Below, piece by piece: positions 56,352 to 64,000 of a DNA stretch of 64,000 nucleotides (its first letter is position 1; every line of letters starts with the position of its first letter). The notes under the pieces are model-generated. The model did not search any database. It was not told the origin of the DNA and worked only from the letters and a program-made list of their open reading frames with translations. The stretch lies in the NCBI GenBank assembly GCA_964016885.1, contig OZ024745.1, positions 34,906,001-34,970,000 of the forward strand, in the 5' to 3' direction. The DNA comes from Eledone cirrhosa (taxonomy: Eukaryota). Both the position numbers and the translations under genes were made by a program.

Positions 56352-57561
56352 CTTGAAAAACACAAAAAATTCAAAATGGTTAAAAATAATATCCCCTCAA
56401 AATATATACACAAAACACAAGAAAATGTGTGTGTGTGTATAAATATATATATTCCTATGTGTATTTGATTTAAAATAGGTACAACACATGCCTGCATGTC
56501 ATACAAGGCAAATAAAAGATATGGTGCCAAGAAGGGCTGAAAAGGACCCTATATGATCAATATGAAGTATATCATGGGAATTGCAAGGCTAACTCTTGCT
56601 TTAGAAGGGAAAGTGACCTTAAAACACCTGTTCATATGTGTGTGTGTATCTATATATGTCTATCTGGTGATGGGCATGTGACCTGTCCTGTGAGGCATGG
56701 GATGGATACACAAAAACTACATATCACAAAACCCAAAAGAGGATCCAGAAGGAAGTAAACCTTAATTGGCAACTGGAACATTGTAACCCTTACATGTAAG
56801 GAGCAGGAGTTAGTGGAGAAGGCCAGATGCTACAGGCTAGATCTCTTTCTTATATAAATACACACACAAACACACATGTACACATAAAACATTAGCTAAA
56901 CAATTGTAATGCTATACAATCTAAAATATTAATTCTCTGCTACAAGCTTTTCCCATTTGCTTTCAAAACATTGCACATGAACAGCAGAGTATAAACCAGC
57001 CTAGAGTAAAACTGGATATAAAAAGAATAAGTTTGCAAGTATGTGCTTGTACAAATGTGATGGACGTCAGTAGCATAAAGTGCTTTGAGTGGATGAAAAC
57101 TGGACGAGACCAAGTAAGACATGGAAAAAAGTGACTGTGAGCGTAACATATCTACCAATGCAATTTATACACAAGCATGTGTAGTACATACATAGGCATA
57201 CAAGGGTAATCTGGTGGGTTTTTTTGTGTTCAAATCCTTCTGAAATCAAGATAGGGAGAAGTTCTACAGTTTCTGCAGACTTACTATTTAACCTATTTTA
57301 AATACATATTTTTAATGAATATACACTATGTTTCAATTATTCTTGAAATTTGAGGGGATCATCACTGTCTTAGCCCTATTTTCCAAGATTGCATGGATTA
57401 GACATAGGCTAGACAGGTCAGATGACCATATCTTACTTATATGTCCTATTTTGTCATGTCTCCTATGGCTGGATGCCTTTCCTAATGTATACCACTTCAT
57501 GGTGTATACTGGGTTCGTTTTTTCATGGCAGCACTATTACCACCTGACAGGGTGGATTAGG

Positions 57562-57689
57562 TTTTCATTACATTTATTGAGTTGTGATGCACGTTTCGCG
57601 ATTGATCAGCTCAAGGCTTGATCTGTATCAATCTGACCCAAATGATCAATTGCGAAACATGCGTCACACCTCAATAAATTTAATGAAGA
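57562..57689. repeat. Imperfect fold-back with arms of about 46 bp, built from hammerhead 3' halves
   Basis: ttcattacatttattgagttgtgatgcacgtttcgcgattgatca / tgatcaattgcgaaacatgcgtcacacctcaataaatttaatgaa. Confidence 0.85.
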
Positions 57690-57840
57690 TCTAGCACCTT
57701 ATCCTTTAGTATTTCAATCTGTTTAGTACAACACCAATATACCTATTGGAAACTAGACATTGTGAACCTAGAGTAACTAGACGTTACAATACCTGAACTA
57801 TATATATATATATATATATATAGATCATCATTTTATATAG

Positions 57841-58168
57841 ATCATCATTTTACCTCCGCTTTTCCCTGCTTGCAAGGGTGGGACGGGAACTGATTCTGGC
57901 TTGATTTCTACAGCTGGATGCTCTTCCTAACACCAACATCATTTACAGTGAGTGCTGGGTGTTTTTTTGCCGTGGCACCTTCACGACCACTTTGCAGTGG
58001 AGTGATAGGGACCCCAGTCCCTACCATCTCATTTCTACAGCTGAGTAAACTGGAGCAATGTGAAATAAAGTGTCTTGCTCAAGGAAACAACACATCACCC
58101 GGTCTGAGAATTGAACTCACAACCTTTCGATTGCAAGGCCAATGCTCTAACCACTAAGACATGTGCCT

Positions 58169-58170
<2 letters not shown>
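57841..58170 (-). mobile_element. CORE-type SINE copy
   Basis: Same family as 21490-21830. Confidence 0.85.
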
Positions 58171-58227
<57 letters not shown>

Positions 58228-58229
<2 letters not shown>

Positions 58230-58945
58230 TTGTCTCACTCGCTTTACGCGTTTCTATTGTCCTAATAACTTATTTTAGTTATCGCTCCAACGTGAGGTAT
58301 ATGATTTTTAATGCGATGAAATACCCATGATCGTTTGGTAAATCACTGAGGGACTCATTTTATAACATGTTATCCATGTGCAACCAGCAGTATTCTTCTC
58401 ACCCATATTTTCATATATTTACCCAAACTGCAATTCTGTGTTTCTCTCTTTCTCTCTTACTGCTCCCTCGTTCTCTGTTTCTCTTACTTTCTTTCGTCCC
58501 CTCTGCCACGTCAGTTAACTCTTTCTCTCTACTGACCTCTTCCTCGCACTCCCACTCACTCAGTCCGTTTCTCCCCTTCTTTCTTCCTCCCGTTCGCTGG
58601 GAAAACGGTTTTCATTCTTTCTAACACCGGATTCACTAGCGAAAGGTCTGTTTTCTGACTCGCTCATATATTCACACAGCTTATGCTGAAAGAATAACTA
58701 TGTTGCTTGTGTTTATTTCCATCTTCGGTTAGCTTCCCCCTGTGTTGTTTACTTGTCTCACTCGCTTTACGCATTTCTATTGTCCTAATAACTTATTTTA
58801 GTTATTATCGCTCCAACGTGAGGTATATGATTTTTAATGCGATGAAATACCCATGATCGTTTGGTAAATCACTGATGAGGGACTCATTTTATAACATGTT
58901 ATCCATGTGCAACCAGCAGTATTCTTCTCACCAATATTTTCATAT
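58228..58945 (+). repeat. Retrozyme/Penelope-pLTR-like tandem unit: direct repeats 58228-58419 and 58751-58945, period about 523 bp, flanked by (TA)n
   Basis: Near-identical repeats of about 190 bp; CTGATGAGGG at 58872 and degenerate CCC-AAAC-TGCA at 58422. Confidence 0.7.
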
Positions 58946-59552
58946 ATATATATATATATATATTGCAGAGTTAGTTATATAAGATAATAGGATTACGGTG
59001 AACATAAACAGAGAATAGAAAATAGGACAGGTTTAATTCAGGGATGGCCTACCAATTCAGTGTTATTGTAACAGCAAACCTTGAGCAAGATGGTTGCTCG
59101 GTTGGTCTCGCCTAAGGATCCAGTCAAATCAGTTGTTTCTGACAAGACCCTTTGCTAATATGTATGTATATATAAACATGAGTCAAGTCAGCAGAAAATT
59201 CCAACTGGAAATATACAATGAGTCTGATGGATCAAATGAGGGATTTTTCATTTTCTTCAATACTCCCAATGAACCTCCGGCATAGCAAAATGACTTTTTT
59301 GTTAATCTTTTGTTTGAAACATTTAACAGAAATGTTCTTACATAACCTTAGACAGAAAGTTTTACTTTCACCATGAACACTTTAGAACAGGCATCTTTGT
59401 ATAAAGATAAAACAGGGGAAGGGGGCGGCCTCAGATAGGTTGAATCAATATCGGAAGTGGAAAGAAAAAAAAAAAATCACAGAAAAAGATAAAAATATTA
59501 TCTAGAGTGACTTTAAAAAAAAAAAAGAAGCTTATTTTGAAAAATTGCTTAC

Positions 59553-59684
59553 CTTTTACATTGTTGGTCATTGCAGGTTCCTTGAAGGTCATATTGACAG
59601 AGGATATTTTTACAGTTTAATTTATGAGAAAAACTAGGGCAAGAAAGGGACAAATTCTCTTTTGTACGTAGAAAAGGACTGAAA
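59553..59684 (-). CDS. ZFC3H1: ZFC3H1 exon with the C3H1 zinc finger: FSPFLRTKENLSL...LCQYDLQGTCNDQQCK
   Basis: Matches the recalled vertebrate FSPYYRTKEKL...CRFDLTGTCNDDDCQWQH; AG/GTAAG boundaries; phase 2/2. Confidence 0.95.
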
Positions 59685-59835
59685 CTGTTGGAAAATTAAA
59701 AGAAAAAAAAAACCAGGAGAATAGTTAAGATTATAAAATCAATGGTTAACTGTAAATGATGAATTTTGATGTAAATTGAATGCAATATCAAATAAATAAG
59801 AAATGGGAGGAGTAAATAGTTAAATAATTACTCAC

Positions 59836-59945
59836 CGATATGCTCGGAAATGTAATAAAGGACTCTTGTATGCTTTATATGATCTTGAAAGTTGAGATGA
59901 TTTGAGATTGTTAATGGGTTGAATATCTGATTTAGGGTAAGAAAT
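59836..59945 (-). CDS. ZFC3H1: ZFC3H1 exon ISYPKSD...YKAYKSPLLHFRAYR
   Basis: AG/GTGAG boundaries; Y-x-SPL-x-x-F-x-x-YR motif precedes the zinc finger in ZFC3H1/Red1-like proteins. Confidence 0.9.
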
Positions 59946-60059
59946 CTAAAAAGCAAACAAGCAAAATATAAAAAATAAAATAAACATATATAACTAAATT
60001 ATAGAGATACACACAGAATAAGAGTTATAGTAATTATAATTAAATCGGTTGTATATACA

Positions 60060-61238
60060 AATAGGTATCAGAGTAGAGCTCCAAAAAGGGGTGACAAGTA
60101 GTTTGACCACGCAAAAATCCACTTTTTACTTTCATTTTCTTCGGTGAACAATTCATATGAAAGTTCTGGATCTGAACCTTTTAATATACTTTTGATCAAA
60201 ATCCGACATCTCCTCAATCACCTCGTTTTTGACTGCTGAATGGCAACACTGGTTCTTATTCAATGCACTGAAACACTATAACTCGATTTGTATTGAAAAT
60301 AATAGTCATGAAGAGGACTTTTTTGGCTTTATTTTGATATAAAAATTAATGGACGTATGTCATAATTTTTCACCAATTCTGGCCATGAGATGGCACAAAA
60401 GTGCAAAGTCAATAAAAAGGGGAATACCATGGATGTTTGTAATGCTACTTGTAGAAATGGCAGTCTTGAGCAAGGAGAGCTGAAATGGAACATGAATCCA
60501 AAGCTTCATATATCAAGTTTGAGCCAAAATTTTAAGAAATGGATGAACTAATTGTTAAGTAATCATATTTCTACGAAAAAATGCACTAAATTGAGCTACA
60601 TAATCTTCTAGAGCCCAACATTAGCACAGTCATTGTTTATTCCCACTTACTGTTGTAACATGTGGAGAGTGTGGTCAGAATTTTCGTTTTTCTTTGAGGA
60701 ATATTGGTGAAATTTTGCCAATAAAAATTATGAATATTATTTTGTAGACTATTAAAGTCTGATGTGGTGTTTTTTTTTCTTTTGATTTTAAATACAGTTG
60801 GATAATTTGTGGTAGTTTTTACATTTTCACAAGTAGTGCTAATTTGTATATTTTTCTTTCTCTCCTCCTAACAAGTTTTTTTATAGGAATTATGTTTTAT
60901 TTGTTTTTTAATCTAAGTCTACATGCAATTTAAAGAAAGTTTCATAAACAATTGAATAAAATTGAATGATTTTATTGAAAAATATCACTAACACTTGGTA
61001 ACAGGACTGTTAGAAACAGTTTGGTTAACTTTTAAGCCACAACAAATGCTGTATTGAATTCACAATCTGGCATGATATGTAAGTGTCAGATTTTGATAAA
61101 AAGCATGAGTAGAAAGTTCACATCCAGAACTTTCAAAAGATATATAATTGTCCATGGAAAAAAATGTATTTTGACACGAAAATGATCAAGTAAACTGTGC
61201 TTGTTACCCCTTCTACAGAGCTCTACATGGATACCTAT
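60060..61238. mobile_element. Non-autonomous DNA transposon with imperfect TIRs of about 150 bp; family unassigned
   Basis: 60060-60208 is the reverse complement of about 61085-61238 (ataggtatc..gtagagctc..aaggggt..gaaagttctggat..atcaaaatc.gac). Confidence 0.7.
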
Positions 61239-62182
61239 TAGATGTATTGTAAAGCTCTAAATTTACAGAGTGGGTTCAGTTTTATACCCTGTACCAGTAT
61301 AGCCCCCTACAGATAACAGATTGAAATATAGCTATATCTGAAAAGGCATGAAATGCTTGCAATGGCAGTTAATCACAGTTAATTAATTGGTTGTAGTCAT
61401 TTTTAATAGTCCATTATAATTTTACTGAAAAGGTATCATGTCCCAAAATCTACAAATGTGCCAAAACTCAAGTTCCCGTGACTTGTACTTTTGGTTTTAG
61501 CTAGATCTGAAAACACAAGAAAAGCTTATGCTTGCACCGTGAAATCCAGTTACATGCAACAAAATAGGCTTTACATAATAGCTAACAAAATTACCAAAAA
61601 AACGAAGTTTTATTTTCAAGAACCTGAAAAAAAAAAAAAATAAGTAACTGCTATCCTATGGAGACTATTTAGTTTCAGTAATTTGAAGGTGATTATCACC
61701 TCGGTTTTAAAAATATGACATTACAAATATGGCTAAATAATCATTTAGACCAAATTAGGTAAGATTTCGACCAATTTGCTGACCATTCAAATTGTCATAT
61801 TTTCTAAAATATTCATCCAAATTTCACGAGTGAGGTATCAAAATGTTTCTATTTAGATGCTCTCCAAGAAAAAGTACAGTAGAAGTTAGATTTAAATATT
61901 TTCAAAAGTTCATAGTGATACTTCATATAAACTACATTTACTATCATTTTCACATCCAGCCATTCATGGATTCAACAAGTACAGCCGTTTTGAGGCAATG
62001 ATTCTATGGATGGATGCCTTTCTTGATATCAATACTATACATTAGTGAAACCACGATTTTCTTCTGAAATAGTAATCTATCATTGAGAGGAAAACATTTC
62101 ATTATACCTATGAATGGAAGAGGCCCTGTCGACTTGAATTTCATGCCCATTTCTGTTAAAGTTAGTTTGATGCATATAAATG

Positions 62183-62633
62183 TCATCATCATCATTTTAC
62201 GTCCGCTTTTCCCTGCTTGCAAGAGTGGGACGGGTCCTATTCAGCACAGCATCTCTCCACTTGTCACGGTCCTTCATCGTCTCCTCCGTGAGCTTCAACG
62301 ATCTGAGGTCCGCTCTCATCAAATCCCCCCCGTGTCTTTCGTGGTCTTCCTCTACTGCGTTTTCCTTCTACTGGCATTTCTTGGCACTTCTTTACCCAGC
62401 GGTCATCCTCCATGTGCAACACATGTCCATACCATCGCAGTCCTCTCTCCCGCACACTACAACTCACCCCTCTTATACACAGTTTCTCTCTCAACTGATC
62501 CATGCTTGGTCGTTCACGTACATTGACATTACACATCCAACGGAGTATGCTTGCTTCATTTTTCTCCAGCCGTCGCATATCCTCTGCGGTTGATGCCCAT
62601 GTCTCACTACCATGCAGCATCGCACATCTCACA
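62183..62633 (-). mobile_element. RTE LINE 3' end, close relative of the 41-44 kb copy
   Basis: AMLHGSETW...LRWYGHV...GRPRKT; (GAT)n tail. Confidence 0.9.
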
Positions 62634-63229
62634 CAGTATGTAGTGAAAACCAGTTCATATGACCAAAAATACTTATATTTCGACCGAGTTATCTACCCTT
62701 ATGCCAGTATCTTAAAACTGAAAGTACTCAACAAAATAGGCATAACTACAGGATTGACTTGTTTCTTCAAAGATACATTTAGAGAAGTATGCTTCTGATG
62801 GTGTAGATTATGATTAAGATCACGAAATTAAAAAAGAATTGAGTCCCGTGCCTGTCACTGCTCAGTGTCCTGGTCAGAGCAAAGTTTAGCTAGCTCAGAG
62901 AGATACCGCGATAGTAATAAAGCACCACCCTTGCACATTGTTTGCAGCATTTTCCCAACTAGACTATGGAGCTTTGCAATATATCAGCTTGTGCAGATAA
63001 TTATCCTTGAATCACATTTCTGCCCAAATTGCACCCTTGCTCCATATGTGAGCTCACTATAGAGAATGTCTATTCTCAGCTATCCAGACAACATCTCCAT
63101 TCTAGTGCAACTTTGATTTGGAAAAGACTACTTCCATGCATAATCAAAGACATCTACGTCTAATCACATAATCATAAACATCACTATCACACACAGAACA
63201 AGTCAAATACAATATATAAGGAAACTTAC

Positions 63230-63319
63230 AGAAATCAAAGGTGAAGTCAAATGTGAGAAATTCTCCCAGGAAACATTTTTTTGATTTGATGGCTCTATCA
63301 AGTTTTGCATTTTTTCATG
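63230..63319 (-). CDS. ZFC3H1: Probable ZFC3H1 exon, most 5' in the window: HEKMQNLIEPSNQKNVSWENFSHLTSPLIS
   Basis: ttttttag acceptor, gtaagt donor, 90 nt open, phase 0 fits the next exon; no conserved motif recognised. Confidence 0.55.
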
Positions 63320-63599
63320 CTAAAAAATTTAGAAAACAAGAATTAAATATAAAAATAGCATTTAAAATTTCAGAATTAGTTACAAAATCTAATTCTAAGC
63401 AATTACATGGTGCAAGAGTTCATTTTAATCATTCAAAAACACAAAACTTAAAAACATATTGGTGACAAAACTTTCATTGTACTGCTTGCAACTTGGTTAG
63501 TGACAGTTGAACTGAAAACAATGCAACAAAAATTTTGACATAAAAAAATATATGATAAATGAAAAGTGAATTTAACAATTTTTTTTTTTTTAAGGGGGG

Positions 63600-63634
<35 letters not shown>

Positions 63635-64000
63635 CTCTTCCATGATGTAATTGGTTTGTTTCAACAGTCTCACATTAAGTTACTTGCCAGACAAGTACAG
63701 CTCCAAAATCTCTACTATTGTTGGAAATATTTGAAACGTTTTAACAGTAAATTGATCCATTCATTGGGTCAGACACTGGTTCTTGTTTCCACAATATCAA
63801 GTTGATAAAAGAAATCTTCCTTTAGATACAGTTACAGTCTATCACAAAGTCTATGCGATTTCTAGTTAGATCAATGATCAGTAATTTCATTTTGTAATGA
63901 CCGACTTTTGATTTATTCTTAGCTTTGCCTATCAACACATAAGTGTATATCATTTTACACTCTCTTTCCATGCTTGCATGGGTTGGGCAAGTCCTTTTCA

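Overview
AT-rich, microsatellite-dense eukaryotic genomic DNA. The repeat content (tRNA-derived CORE-type and Meta-type SINEs with RTE-like tails, RTE and CR1-like LINEs, long (TA)n/(AAT)n arrays) points to a cephalopod, probably Octopus; this is an inference. The right half (30.8-63.3 kb) holds the 3' part of one minus-strand multi-exon gene, a ZFC3H1 homolog (PAXT/exosome adaptor with a C3H1 zinc finger and HAT/TPR repeats). I reconstructed 21 phase-compatible GT-AG exons ending at a TGA at 30847; the 5' exons lie beyond the window. The left half is intergenic repeat terrain. Almost all ORF-track entries are microsatellite artefacts or LINE fragments. Non-routine signals: (1) several type-I hammerhead-ribozyme motifs in small (TA)n-flanked elements, plus a retrozyme-like tandem unit; (2) a decayed head-to-head Penelope-like element with long inverted arms and an in-frame TGA at a conserved Zn-knuckle Cys position; (3) a near-full-length RTE that appears to have carried about 600 bp of foreign 5' sequence into a CR1 copy; (4) CR1 copies that share the same inactivating lesion; (5) a 740-bp AGCT/GGCT-pentamer tract resembling an Ig switch region. 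All calls were made by eye, with no database search.
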